Shown here in pieces: positions 23,099 through 35,966 of a stretch of DNA of 64,000 nucleotides (position 1 is the stretch's first letter; every line of letters starts with the position of its first letter). The stretch comes from Plasmodiophora brassicae (lineage: Eukaryota). A program made the translations under genes and the position numbers. The stretch lies in contig CP145428.1 in assembly GCA_036867785.1 (NCBI GenBank), positions 434,001-498,000 on the forward strand, written 5' to 3'. The notes under the pieces were generated by a model. It ran no database searches. It was given only the letters and a program-made list of their open reading frames with translations, and had not been told where the DNA came from.

Positions 23099-24399
23099 TT
23101 ACGCAGCGGTACCCGATGGAGGCCGGCGGTCGATGAGGACGTGGCCGATGCCATCAAAGGTGAACTCTTGCGCGCCGTCCGAGACGGTGAGGCCGCTGAT
23201 CGCTTGGATACCGGGTGCGAGCCCGGCGAACCGCGTGCCGATGACGATGCTCTGGCCCTTTAGCAGCCGGTCGACCCGCTGGAACGACGATTAGAACAAG
23301 GAGGTGCCAATCGCCGGAGAACGTCGCACCGTACCCAGCGCATGCAGCCGGCGGGGCGCAATGTGGACAGGCGGTTCTTGTTGAATCGCAACTGGACGTT
23401 GCTCTTCTCGACCGGCGATGCATTCGTCAGACGGAACTGGACGTCAAAGACGGATTCCATCGGGACCCGAGAAGGGCAGCGTGCGACGGTCACGGTGAGA
23501 TCGCTTGGCGCTAGGCACGCGGCGGGAGGCGACAGAATGCACCCCGATTCACCTAACACATAATCAGCGGTAGATGGGCGCACTGGCCACAAGCGAAGCG
23601 AACCGCTGGCGAGCTGGTGCCATTTGATCTGGAACTTGCCGCTCAAAGGGATGACGGCAGCGGACCCATCGTCGAATAGGTCCGGCCGCCACCGGACAGC
23701 GGACGAGAACGAACACGCATGGCCGGTACCCAGAACAACTTCCCTATCAACGGAACGTTCAGAACCACAACCCGGAACGCAGCGGGTGACGTACTCGCGG
23801 CATAAATCGTCGACGACAAACTGTCCGGGAGCGGGCAGGTTTATCAGCGGGTTCGCAACGAACTGAACGGATTCGATGGCGACGTTGGACTGGATCTGAT
23901 TCGTCAGCTCGAGGCCGGCGAGGAACCTGCCGACGCCGACATTGATGACCTTGGTGATGACGGCGAACGGGGCCTGCGTCTGGAACTTGAAGACGCGCGT
24001 CACCGACATCGGCTTGTCGTCGTGCGTCCTGTAGTCGATCGCGCAGATCATGTGATGCAGGCCGATGATCGTGACGCGATGCGCGACGACGAACTCGCGC
24101 GTCTGTCCGACGCCCATGGTGGCGCCGACGACGCTGCTATCGTCCAGGACTGCCTCAGCGCCTCCGGCCTTCATCGCCAGGCGAACAGAGACGCCGGCAA
24201 CAGGCGACGACGTCGTCGCGCCGACGCTGACGAACGCGCGCAGGACCTCGCCGGCGTAAACGGTCCCGAAATCGGTGCAGATCGTCACGCAATCGGGGCC
24301 GGGAGACGACAGGCGCCCAGTCACCAGCGTCGGCGACTGCAGGCGACGCACACGGACGGCGAACGCGCCGGCGCTCGGCGCATTGGCCGGCGATGCCAT
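23099..24399 (-). CDS. TRAPPC13: Trafficking protein particle complex subunit 13-like (multi-exon)
   Basis: AVRVRRLQSP, DFGTVYAGEVLRAFVSV, GLHHMICAIDY, RVFKFQ, PGIQAISGLTVSD. Confidence 0.8.
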
Positions 24400-24595
24400 C
24401 CTGGACCGGAGCAATATCCGAATGAGCCGTGAGTGGGGATCCGGCGGTCACACAGGGCGACGTAAAAATAGGCACCGCTTGCACTGGCGACGTGTCGATG
24501 AGCTGCACGGGACACGTCGTCTTCTGTGCAGCGGCAGGACGGCCCGGTGGGAACGCGTTTGGTACGGCGGTGGGCAAAAATACATGCGACCAGAA

Positions 24596-24668
24596 TGAGG
24601 GGTATGCGATTTGAACGCATGACCTTGGGGTCTGGAATCCCACGCGCTGCCAGCTGCGCCAACCCCCC
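24596..24668 (-). tRNA. tRNA-Trp(CCA), copy 1
   Basis: GGGGGGT/ACCCCTC acceptor, GCGC D-stem, loop TTCCAGA, ATGCG-TTCAAAT-CGCAT T-arm, downstream T5. Confidence 0.9.
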
Positions 24669-24781
24669 GTTAGCGACGGTTCGCACGGTTCGCATTGGGG
24701 ATTCGCCGTAGATGGCCTGCTGGAACGGCACTTGACCTGTCCCGCTGGTGGAGCAAAACGTGTTCTCTGATGGGCAGTCTG

Positions 24782-24829
24782 TGGGGTATGCAATTAATCC
24801 CACGCGCTACCAGCTGCGCGCGCCAACCC
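24782..24829 (-). pseudogene. Internally deleted tRNA-Trp pseudogene
   Basis: Keeps ggggtatgc and aatcccacgcgct-ccagctgcgc..ccaaccc but lacks the anticodon-to-T-loop segment. Confidence 0.75.
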
Positions 24830-25401
24830 GTCATGCATGCCGGCTGTTCCCGCAGAGGCGCATACCAACGACTGCGCCTGATCAGTGATCAGTAACTGTC
24901 AAAATCTTCTATTAGCTGAACCCCAGCTCGCGCAATTACCGTACTGATACGGTGCCGACACTAGCTGACCTCGGCAGACTCAGGGCTGTCGGTCTCCTCG
25001 CGTGGTTCGTACTGATGGGAATCCAATCCTACACGGTAGCTTGGTCAGGATGACTACCGTGGGATGGAACGGACCTTGATGGGCCAACTGTTGGGCTTTC
25101 GGAGCCTGACGCTTTCGGCCATTCCTGAACGCAGGACACAGCGTGGGACAACCAATTAGTCATTTTTCCCGAAGCGCATTCATGTTCTTTCAGCCATGGC
25201 CGTATGGCACGTCGAGGCAATCTAGGTAGGCAGCGGAACGGCGCACTGGCGGCTGCCTGCTGAGCACAGTTGTCGGCCTTCTAGACAGCGGGCTTCCTCG
25301 ATGTTGTGCGGATGCGGTTACGGCGACACGAACAGAAACCCGCATCGGCGGACTGTGGCATCTGCGGAGTGCGAGCTGCAGCCCGGCAAAAAAGCGTGCT
25401 G

Positions 25402-25474
25402 TGAGGGGTATGCGATTTGAACGCATGACCTTGGGGTCTGGAATCCCACGCGCTGCCAACTGCGCCAACCCCCC
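25402..25474 (-). tRNA. tRNA-Trp(CCA), copy 2
   Basis: Identical to copy 1 except one D-loop base; downstream T6. Confidence 0.9.
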
Positions 25475-26034
25475 GGAGCTGTGCAACAATGCATGCAGAC
25501 CCAGTTAGGGTGATACGAGAGCGGAACACTTGCGGTAATGGCGTTCCCAGAAATGACGCATCACATTATGATGTTTCTCCTCGCAGCCAGGGGCGGATTA
25601 ATGACCGCCATCAGAAGCACCACGTGGGACCTCATGTCGCGCACCGAGTGATCCAGGAACCGGGGGCCTGTAAAAATACAGTACTGGGCACACAACGAAT
25701 GCAAAATCGTTCACCAATCACCACGGACGGCTTCGCGAGTTATCGAATGGACGAAAAATGCCCAGCACTCGGTGAAAGGCAGCATTATCACACCGCGCTC
25801 GGCGCATGACGGCTCGTGGGAATCTGCGCGAACCCATGTGCGCCCGTGGCCAGCGAGCTGCACACACGGGAAACAGCGCCGAGCTGCTGCGCTGTTTCCA
25901 GGGACGGGTTGGGCACTTCTAAAAAAAGGCATGGGACGGGTCGCGCCCTGCCGTCCCCGGCCCAACCGGCGCAGTGGGCAACGCAGATCGGCTGTCATCC
26001 TCGGCCCTGGTCCTGTTTGACTGACGTCGATGTC

Positions 26035-27140
26035 ATGGTGGTGACGTCGTCCGACGTCCGCCGGCACGGCCTGTCCTGGCCGTTATCCCTACACCAAGTC
26101 CTGTCCTGGGTCGGCATCGTCTACACCGTCGCGCTCTACCTTGTCGCAGTCGACTGGACGATCGTCGACCTCGTCATCTTCTGCTGCATCTTCGCCGTCG
26201 GCCTGGCCGCGTTCTTCATCACGTCGTTGGTCGACCCTGGCCGACCGCCCGACCCCGGCAACGACCCCGTCCGGTTCTGCCACGTGTGCAACCTGCACAT
26301 GTCGGAGGCCACGAAACATTGCCGCATCTGCAACAAGTGCATACCCAGCTTCGACCATCATTGTGTACGTCCGCTGTCGTCGCCCGCGACGAGCCGCATG
26401 CGCGCCCGTCTGACATCATACCAACCAACAGCTGTACCTGAACACGTGCATCGGCGGGCGGAATTACCGCCCGTTCTTCCTACTCGTCACGATGTGCACG
26501 GCGCTGCTGTCCATGTACCTCGTACAGGTCGGCGTCATTCTAATAACGGGCAGTAACGACGCCCGCGTCACCGATTTCGTGCATCGGGTACGGTCGTCAT
26601 GTGACACGAGCGTCTCCGTTGCCTGATCACCACCCGTTTCTTCAGTCCATCTTTGGCACGATGCAGACGTACTTCCTGTGCCTTGGGATGCTGTCGCTCG
26701 TCCCGCTTGGGCTGTTCTTCATGGTAGCCTCGTTGCTGTGCTTCCATATTTACATCGGCGTGCTCGGCATCAGCACGTACGCGTGGATCGTCGGGCAGAG
26801 GGATGCCCCTCCCGTTCTGGAGCTGGCGCAGCCGTCGCCGAAGCGCATGGAGGAGATCGAGGCGAGGAGACAGGAAGTGTACGCGCAGTGGTTAAAGCAG
26901 AGCGAGCATCGCACGAAATCACGGTCGGGCCCGTCCCACTCTGCGGTTTCGTCGAGCGCTCAGGGCGCCGTTCCTGGTCCTGCGCTTGCCTATCCGCCTC
27001 TTCGATATGCGCCGAGCGACGACCACCCGGCGGTACCTCGAAGTCGCAGCGAATCGCTGATCGAGGACGTTCTGGGCGTTGAACTCGAGGTGACCGAAGG
27101 CGATCCAGTGCCGTACGCCGCTCGCGAAGCGAACGCCTGA
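26035..27140 (+). CDS. DHHC palmitoyltransferase (ZDHHC1/11-like; two introns)
   Basis: RRHGLSWPL, CHVC..KHCRICNKCIPSFDHHC|LYLNTCIGGRNY, FHIY..GISTY. Confidence 0.93.
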
Positions 27141-27198
27141 CCGAGGCTTCATACTGTACCTATGAACACCTGGTAATATATTCTATTCATCGAGACGG

Positions 27199-28758
27199 TT
27201 ATAACAGCCCGTCGGATTTCAGCTGCCTGCGAATCATGATGTCGTGCACGCTCAGGAACACGTGCTGGACGTTGTTCCTGTCGACGGCGGTCGTGAAATA
27301 GAAGTGCACGGGCCTGCGCGGGACGTTCATCGCCTGGAACACGCGCGTTGCCGTCCGAAGGTACAGCGCCTTCATGTAGTCGCAGGCGGAGTCGTACGAC
27401 CCGTCGCCGTCGTAATCGTCCACGTAGTCCTTGAAGGGCACCACCTGCAGCTTCTCCCTGAACATGTCTGCGAATCTGTTAGGCTCGGAACGACCAGGCT
27501 GTCTGGGTGTGCACCCGTACCGCACTTGTTGAAGAAGACGACGATCCTGCCAGAGGCGTCAGGCGCTGTTTGAAGGAATTCATCCGGAAACGGTACCTAC
27601 CCGGTATTCGCTAATAGCGGTGACGAGCAGATCTGCTCGAAGACTTTTAGAGCCTCCAGCATGCGCGATGTCTTGTTGTCCTAAGCAGCACACCGAATCT
27701 GGGACCCCGGCGCGGCACGTTCACGCCTGGTGACACGACGATACCTCGGAGCAACACTGGTTGTAGTCCGACAGGCCGACCACGAACATGATGATGCTGG
27801 CCGAGCTGAAATGATGAATCCATTTGCGCCTCTCGCTTCGTTGCCCGCCAACGTCCACGATCCGCACCTCTGTCCAAGGCATCAGCGGAACCGCGTCGCA
27901 GCCGTGTCTTACTGCTAAACGCCTACCTGAATCTAAGCCGTTTACAGTGCAGGAGATGATCTGGTCGGTTACGCCAATGGTCTTCGCCCGCCAGCGCACG
28001 ATATCGTCCTCGGTCGGCAACCACGACTCCTGGCAGATCGCCCCGATCTTGTCGAAGAAGTATGCGGCGTGCGATCCCAGATGGAACTCACCGCGATACT
28101 CGTACACCTATACAGCAAAGACGTGACGATCCGTTCGAGAGCGACCCGCGTCCCGTTGCTGTCTACCAGCCTGATCGACGCATTTGCCCAGAGAGTCATA
28201 ATGATGACGGCAATGGCCTCGTCGACGACGGGCGGCATGCCCGAAAACGCCCATTGCGATACCTCGTACCGGGCGTGGTCGACGCGTGGTGGGAGTTGGG
28301 CGAAGGTGGCGCTAATGCCCTTCTCCTTCGCGATCTTGTCGATAACGTTGACATTGGACGACGCGGCGACCAACCTATACATGTCGTGGACGATCATGTC
28401 GTGGATCAGCTGTCGGATCATGACCAGTTCCCCATGGGCGTACGGGGCCCCATGCAGAATCCGTAATTGTTTGCAGAAGGTACTCTGCGGGGCAAGGATG
28501 CATTCAGACGACGACGTCGGCGAGTGCTGGCGCATCGCCGTCACCTTGCCGGAGTCCCCGATACCTATGACGGTCAAGAGTACTTTAGATTGTGGCGTGC
28601 CGGATTCTCCTGGATCGGTTACCCAGGAACAGCGCGACGGGAATACTCGCTGCTCGTTTGCGTTCCTGTTCCAGCGTCCTGTTGATGGTTCTCGTCATCT
28701 GGCCATCGCCGGGCAAAGACGGAGCCACTCGTGCCCCATCGGAGAAGCAGCAGCTCAT
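27199..28758 (-). CDS. Heterotrimeric G-protein alpha subunit, copy 1 (multi-exon)
   Basis: GIGDSGK|STFCKQ, DIVRWRAKT, DVGGQRSERRKW, FFNK, TTAVD, C-terminal DGLL. Confidence 0.93.
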
Positions 28759-28834
28759 AGATACATTTAGTAGGTACACCGATCGGGATCGAGTTCGGCA
28801 TTGCCAGCAGAACCACCTATATGTAGTTAGTTGA

Positions 28835-30106
28835 TCATCTGTTTAATAGCGTGCTTCGCCATCTCTGGAAGATCGCATGCGTTCGATGCATCCTGGCCAG
28901 ACGCGACAACTCGAACAGTGCGAATCGGACCGCTGTCTGCGCCACCCAGGTCCGGACGACGGCGCTCTTGACGGCGCCCACCCGCCATTGCTCCAGCCCC
29001 AACCCGTTCGTTAGCTTCGTCACCACCGAGTCCACCCTGTGCCGTGATCGGCGTGAATCGTTCGCGAACTGCTTCCAGACGTTGAACACGGACGCGGTCA
29101 CTCGGTGGAGGTGGCACGCCGTTCTCCAGTGCCGGACGACAGGACGGATCGTTACGGCCCACCGGACGCGTCGGCAGGCCATTTCCAGCCGGTGCGCGTA
29201 CCGCTCCCCCATTCTTCGATCGCGAACGAACCGCTCCCAGGCTCGCCAGCACCCGCGGCGCCGTTGGCGTACGCCAACGCTCTCGACGATCTCAACTGCG
29301 AGCGCGATCTTCGACTGTACCCGCAGCCGGGTTCGCCACCGTGTCAGCGCCCGCCGGCCGAGGTTCAGCGCGTACCGCCTGTCGACGATCTCGTCGCACT
29401 CCCTCATGGCGTCCACCATGCCGCGCCACGTGCCGATCGCGACCCGCGCCAGCATCACGTCCCGGCGCATCCGCCCCGCCCATTGCCTCTGCGAGGTTGC
29501 CAGCGCTCGTCGCAGTACTCTACATTAGCGCCCGCATCATATATCAAAACTCCGGAACTGCAACGCGCGATTTTCTGTCGACCTCATGTCACGGACTGAC
29601 GTCTGGCGCCAGCGACGCAGTGCGCACCGGGCGTGCACCCGGGTACACGCACCCAGCAGTCGGCGGCACGACAAGTGCAGGCGCCAGGTGCGGAGGAGGG
29701 TCCGTTGAAGACCGCGACTGGCCTGGCGGCGTTGCCAACGTCGGAATGCGTGGGCAAGCACTGGAGGCACCTCGTGACGATCCGCGATCTGTTCGGACAA
29801 GGCGAGGTTGTACGACCGGAGCCAGACGGTTAAAGTGCAGCGCGTCGCGTGCCGCCGGTGATGGAGACGAGCGAGGAGGTGCTGAGCGGTACAACGTTGC
29901 GCGAACTGGTGCCAGGCCGTGAAGACGGAGGCGAGCGAATGCGCCTGGCCCGGGATGGATCTCGAAGCGACTCGCCCCAGGTACACGATGATCCACTTTT
30001 GTAGGCACCAGTGCAGGACGCGGAGTCGCTTACGCGCCGGGCGACGAACGCCCTCGATCCGCGCCAACCGCTGCATCGCTCCTGTGACGAATGCATGCTG
30101 AACCAC
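28835..30106 (-). CDS. Sfi1-like Trp-repeat (centrin-binding) protein; start uncertain
   Basis: Periodic L..F..W repeats in a basic helical context (ASVFTAW, HAFRRW, RALTRW, SVFNVW, AIFQRW). Confidence 0.55.
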
Positions 30107-30142
30107 ACCGCAACCGGCCTCCTGTGTATTGCATAGCGATTG

Positions 30143-31188
30143 TCACGGATACGCCGCCCTCTCCTCCTGATCGATCATCGCTGCGACGTCACGCGGGTCG
30201 ACGGGTTGGGCTGGAGGAACGGAACGGAACCGCGACGTCAGGAGCCAACACAGGATAAAGAAGAATACGATGGCGACGAGAGCTGCCACGACGATAGTGA
30301 TAGTCCCGACCGATTTCCAGGTCATCACAGAGTACACCGGGTACATGGTCAATGACCACGCGGCGTTCACGGGCAGATACACCAGGAACACGCCGATCGG
30401 GAACACAATGTGCCCCAGCACGAACACGACGTTGTTCAGGATCTGCCATGACGACCTTCAAACCTCGTTAGAATCAAGTCGTTACTCGACTTACTAGATC
30501 GACGACAATGAGGAATGTCAACGTGGCATGGTTCTGGATGCTGTTGACCTTGTCGATTTGGTTGTCGAACGTCCCATACGGATTGAGAATGGCCCAGTAC
30601 AGTACCTACGACAGGCACGCCATCATTCCAACATCAATTCGTCGACACTCATCCGACAACGTACAACGACAGTCAGGCTGATGGGAATAACGGTCTGGAT
30701 GAGGACGTAGGCGAACATGTTGACGCCAACGAGTGGGTCTTGTCCAACAAGGTGGCGTAACGTCGCGAACGCCACTGTAAGGAAATACCTAATATTGGGT
30801 TTACACTAGGGACCGTCGTCAGCATCCAGCAGGTTTACGCAAGGGTCATGAGGGCGTTCCAATAGGTGGCATAGATCAGGTAGTCCTGGGATAGTGACGC
30901 CGCCGTCACTGAGAAGAGAACGACGTAGAGGACGTACGTGGCACAGATGGTTCGAAACGCGCCTAGGAGCGGGATCCGCTCAGGAACGAGTCGAGACTCG
31001 AACAAGCGTGTCGTGTCGACGGCACCGGGGCGAAGACACCCCATGTCCGCCGCTTGGAACAAGACGACGTCGTCACGTGTGGCACAGTGATCTGTAGACC
31101 AGGTTCGTACAGTCACAGTCGACACAGTCGTTCTAGAACACACAGCAGCTTGCAATGAGGCATAGGTATTCGGACGATATTGGAACAT
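30143..31188 (-). CDS. Multipass membrane protein, rolling-stone / FAR-17a-AIG1-like (multi-exon)
   Basis: LIYATYWN, several TM helices, YPVYSVMTW before the last TM. Confidence 0.6.
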
Positions 31189-31201
31189 AGGCCGGCGCTG
31201 T

Positions 31202-32787
31202 TCATATTAGCCCGTCGGAATTCAGCTGGCTGCGAACAATGATATCGCGGACGCTATAGAACACGTGCTGGACATTCTTCTTGTCGACGGCGGTGGTGAA
31301 GAAGAAGTTGACTACCCGTGACGATGGGCTCCTGCTTGTATGGAAAGCTCGCATAGCCGTTTGGCGGTACAGCGCCTCCATGTAGCCGCAAGCGGAGTCG
31401 TACGACCCATCGCCTTCGTAGCCCGCGACGTGATCCTTGAAAGGCGCGATTCGCAATTTGTCTTTGAAAAGATCTGACGAATTGACCGCATGTTGAATGC
31501 CGACAGTACTACTTCCACAAACCATTGCATTGGAGCTTACCGCATTTGTTGAAGAACACGACAATCCTACATGAATAGCAATTAGACATTTCACCTGAGG
31601 CTCCAGACCTGTTTACAGACGTACCCAACATTCGATAACGCAGGCGAAGAGCAGACTTCTTGGAAGACTCTCAAAGCCTCAAGCAACCGCGTTGTTTTAC
31701 CATCCTGCGTTGGGACAGCTATTACTTGAGAACCGTCGACCGTAATTGGTTTGAACGAGTGCAATATTACCTCGGGACATAACTGGTTGTAGTCGGATAG
31801 ACTCGCGACGTACATGATGATGCTGGCTGCACTGAACTGGTGCATCCATTTACGCCTCTCGCTTCGTTGCCCGCCAACGTCCACAATACGTATCTCTGTC
31901 CCAAATTAATCAATCAGTTTGCCATTTCCAACAAGATGTCTGCCTTGCCTGAGGCCACGCCGTCTATGACGCAGGCTATTTTCTGGTCCCACACTCCAAT
32001 TGTTTTAACCCGCCAGCGAACGATATCATCCTCGTTGGGGAGCCACGACGCCGAACAGATGGACCCGATTTTGTCAAAGAAATACTCGGCCTGCGGGCCC
32101 AGTTGAAGTTCCTCGCCATGTGTACATTCTGCATAAACCTGCAGGCGAGAAACGTTATCACTCGCGGGCAGCCCGGATACCTTGTCCTGTACCATTCTCA
32201 TCGTAGGGTCCGACCATAAAGTCATGACGATGTCCGCGATACCCTCGTCGACCACGGGCGGCAATGTTCCTGAGGACGCCCATTTGCGAACCTTGGCCCG
32301 GGCGTCGTTGACGTGGGCTGGAAATTCGACGCTTATGTCGGTAGCGAACTTCTTCAAAATCTTCTCCATGACGTCGGCGTTGGAAGAGGCGCTGACCAAC
32401 TTGCCGACGTCATGAACGATCAGGTTGTGGATCGATTGCTTGATGAGGACCAGTTCTTCCCGCGGGTACGGCACACCATGCAGAATTCGTAACTGTTTGC
32501 AGAACGTGGTCTTCCGATATAACTGAAGTCAGAGCCGTCGTCCCAGCAACCACGGAATATGCGATCACCTTGCCAGAGTCTCCGATACCTACAACGCCCG
32601 AACTCATGTTATAAATCTCGTGTCGCCACCAAGGCGGTCAGTTCAGACCTAAGAACAACGCTACGGGAGCGCATGCAGCACGTTCGCGGTCGTGCTCCAA
32701 CGCCCGGTTGATCTGTATGGACACGTTTCCATCGTCATTATGCCCCTCGGGTTTCACTCGACGCGACGTGACGGGGCAGCAGGCCAT
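31202..32787 (-). CDS. Heterotrimeric G-protein alpha subunit, copy 2 (multi-exon)
   Basis: GIGDSGK, DIVRWRVKT, DVGGQRSERRKW, FFNK, TTAVD, DGLI; exon layout parallels copy 1. Confidence 0.93.
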
Positions 32788-33361
32788 ATCGGTATATAAG
32801 GCTGTACTCATACGAGATCGTGGTGGTCGACCGCCCTATTAAGGGCTACACAGGAACCCGGGCCCTTCTGCACCAAGGCGTCAATGGCAAATGTATAGGC
32901 ATCGTAGTGCAATACCTGGTCGAGCCTGCTTCCGGCCCGAAGCAGCTGCCAACAGAGCCCGATTTAGACAGTGCGAGCATCGTCATTGGCCGGAACATGT
33001 GTCGTCAGCGACATGTGGTGATGGCGGTCGTTTCGGCGTGCAGTATGCTGCTGTGCATTGCGGTTAACCGCAAGGAGGATTTCACACCGGATGTAAAGAG
33101 CGTGGACACGAAGGACGACAGGGCAAGGACTGCCAGCTGGCAAGTTGGCCTGTACTGGATAGCGTCAGGCATGCTCGCCGAAATAGTGAAACTTGCCAGC
33201 TCCAGAATCAATCAACACCCATATTTCCTCGATAGCGCCAGCATTACTGCCGCCCCCTTCTATCTTCTTCGGATGCTTTATCAGTATGCGCAACGAAGGA
33301 AACATGTCAGATGTTGAGCGACTGCTCTTCTGTCCTTTCTGAGACGTGTGCGTTTGCTTAG

Positions 33362-33781
33362 TTGTTGACGAAAGGCATTTGGGTTGGGCGTACAGCACTG
33401 GATGAACGGATCCCGGCGGGCGCTTCGTTATTTGCAGGCAAGGACGTCTTCCATTGGATAATCATGTTCGACGGTGCCGGGTACGAGCTGGTTGATGGCG
33501 CCGACGGCATGTTCGTCCATGAGTTCAGCGTGTTCGACCAGTACGCAGCCAAGTTTGAATTCCATCGCATCCCGCTGGGCACGATGAAACGTACGCGCGA
33601 CGAGATCCGTGAGTTCGTCAGGACCTATCCTGAGACTCTCCCGGACGGTAAAAAGAAGTTCCATATCATCAACAACAACTGCCAGGACTTCGTCATGGCC
33701 GCATATGGATTCGCCTGCGACCTGACGCCATTCCGGGCCAAGGCCTACATGCGGGCATCCATGCCCACCTTCCTTCTGTAG
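33362..33781 (+). CDS. Permuted papain-like (PPPDE/LRAT-type) peptidase domain; 5' exon not resolved
   Basis: FHWIIMF..YEL, LGTMKRT..EIREF, FHIINNNCQDFV (His before the NC nucleophile). Confidence 0.65.
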   Translation: MLTKGIWVGRTALDERIPAGASLFAGKDVFHWIIMFDGAGYELVDGADGMFVHEFSVFDQYAAKFEFHRIPLGTMKRTRDEIREFVRTYPETLPDGKKKFHIINNNCQDFVMAAYGFACDLTPFRAKAYMRASMPTFLL

Positions 33782-33862
33782 TATACACATAGCTTCATGC
33801 AATGACGCTGGATGACGTTTTAACCGGAATGGTGATGGACTGTGCGTTGCAGGACGTGGTCG

Positions 33863-33985
33863 TCACCTCGCTTCTTGGTTCTTGGCTGATGCGGCATGAG
33901 CCTTGCATAGCCTGCACCGTTGCTTGCGGCGGCGATGTGCACAAATGCCGGTCCAGCCGCAGTCCTTGCATACATACCTACCTCT
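33863..33985 (-). pseudogene. Orphan Cys/His zinc-binding repeat fragment
   Basis: CKDCGWTGICAHRRRKQRCRLCK abutting the recombinase fold-back. Confidence 0.5.
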
Positions 33986-34046
33986 GTCGTTTATGCTCGC
34001 AGAGGGCTTTACCGGCGCAGTCCTTACAGCGGGACGTCTTGCGCCT

Positions 34047-35211
34047 ATGACAAGTGGTACAAGGCCGTCCGGTCGACAGTGAAGAAGGCGTTTGTGGAGC
34101 GGGCCAATGTCACTGGGTCCGCTTTCATCGACCGGGCGCCTGCCTTGCAGAAGGAGGGCGTCCTGCAGGTTGGGCACGCCCTGTTCTTGGAGATGGGAGA
34201 ACCGGCCACCAGTGCGGCTGCTGCCCATGACAGGTAATCTCGGCTTTGTGTGTGAGTATACAGCCTTTGACAATGTGTGTCGCGGTCAGATTCCTAATTG
34301 CGTTCCAGTGGGCCATCCTGGGCCGTGCAAGCGATGCAGCCCTGATGCGGAAATCAGACCTGCAGTGGGACGCCGGCTCTGGAGCTGCCCTTGCAGGGGT
34401 CAGCCGTCAGAAAACTACTAACGAAGCGCCGCTGCTGATTTACTGCGATCGGAACGATTATCGTGCCGATATGTTCCACGCTCTGGGCAGCCTGGTCGCG
34501 ACAGTCAGCGTACCACGACGCAGAGAGTGGGACCTGGTTCGTCGATGCACGTGACCACCGAGGTCGCCCAGGCTAGGCGATACCGACACGAGGTGCTCGT
34601 ATCGGTCAACCAGCGTATCGAACATTCGGTTCAGATACGCTGACGCGCTGCTGGTGCCCCTTATCCGTGGAAACAGTTCCTGCAAAGTACGACAATCAGA
34701 GAACGTAACGGACGGGCGAAGCAACAACAAGACGACCTGGCTTTGATCGCTGACTGTCGCGACCAGGCTGCCCAGTGCGTGGAACATATCGGCACGATAA
34801 TCGTTCCGATCGCAGTAAATCAGCAGCGGCGCTTCGTTGGTAGTTTTCTGACGGCTGACCCCTGCAAGGGCAGCTCCAGAGCCGGCGTCCCACTGCAGGT
34901 CTGATTTCCGCATCAGGGCTGCATCGCTTGCACGGCCCAGGATGGCCCACTGGAACGCAATTAGGAATCTGACCGCGACACATATTGTCAAAGGCGGTAT
35001 ACTCACACACAAAGACGAGATTACCTGTCATGGGCAGCAGCCACACTGATGGCCGGTTCTCTCATCTCCAAGAACAGGGCGTGCCCAACCTGCAGGACGC
35101 CCTCCTTCTGCAAGGCAGGCGCCCGGTCGATGAAAGCGAACCCAGTGACATTGGCCCGCTCCACAAACGCCTTCTTCACTGTCGACCGGACGGCCTTGTA
35201 CCACTTGTCAT
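34047..35211. repeat. Long inverted repeat: arms 34047-34510 and 34748-35211, 237-bp spacer
   Basis: 464-bp reverse-complement match with about ten substitutions. Confidence 0.97.
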
Positions 35212-35966
35212 CCAAGATGGCAAGTTCCGGGTTGTCCGCCTTGAACCGTTGCGCCAACGCGTCCCTCATCTGGGCCACGTAGGCGCTGGCGGTCTCCCAT
35301 TTTCGAATCGAGGGCGCCCTCTCGATCAAAAATGTGACGAACCGCTCGAACACATCGGGCGTGGCCTCGTCCACCGTCAACTGCTCCCATCGTCGTGCGG
35401 CGATAATCAGCCGCATGGCAGGATCGTCGAGGAAGCGGTTGAAGTGCACAAGGGCGCACACGATCTGATTGCGCCTACTTCTGCCCATGGTCCGATCCTC
35501 GATCACCCGAAGAATTGGCACAGCCTGTGTAGCTCGGACCAGAAGTCGAACATGGACGAGTACCACGTCACCGGGATGCAACGGGATCTCATCGTCTGTT
35601 TGATCTTCGATCGCAGTGATCTTCATCGCCCTATACGACGTCGACTCGGACACCCCATTGCCGTCTCCAGTATCGTGGTCGTCAAGGACAGCGGTGCCGT
35701 CGTCGCCCAATGCGGCCACGTCAACAGGCGTCGTCCGATCGGGTTGAGACGGCGACGGCAGCAACTCTCCTGTCGCTCGTCTTGTCGGCCCGGGTGGATG
35801 CCTGCAGAACGTCCACCTGTATCCCGGGATGTGACAGGTGCTCTTCGACGTAGTTGCCCAGAATTGCCTTCAACTCGTCGACGTCCTTGCGCGCCCTAGA
35901 CGACACCAGACGGCGTACAGTGCACATCTTCTTGAGCGCGGACTTGCTGGAGGAAACGAATGCCAT
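34047..35966 (-). mobile_element. Crypton-like tyrosine-recombinase transposon, 3'-truncated and folded back
   Basis: FQWAILGRASD (Arg), RQKT (Lys), FHALG, SHSLRRG (HxxR); no RT or LTR seen; catalytic Tyr region absent. Confidence 0.8.

Noticed and set aside
34047-35966. Prophage or bacterial integrase
   Set aside because: No phage genes, probable spliceosomal introns, and flanked by eukaryotic genes; a Crypton-like transposon fits better.
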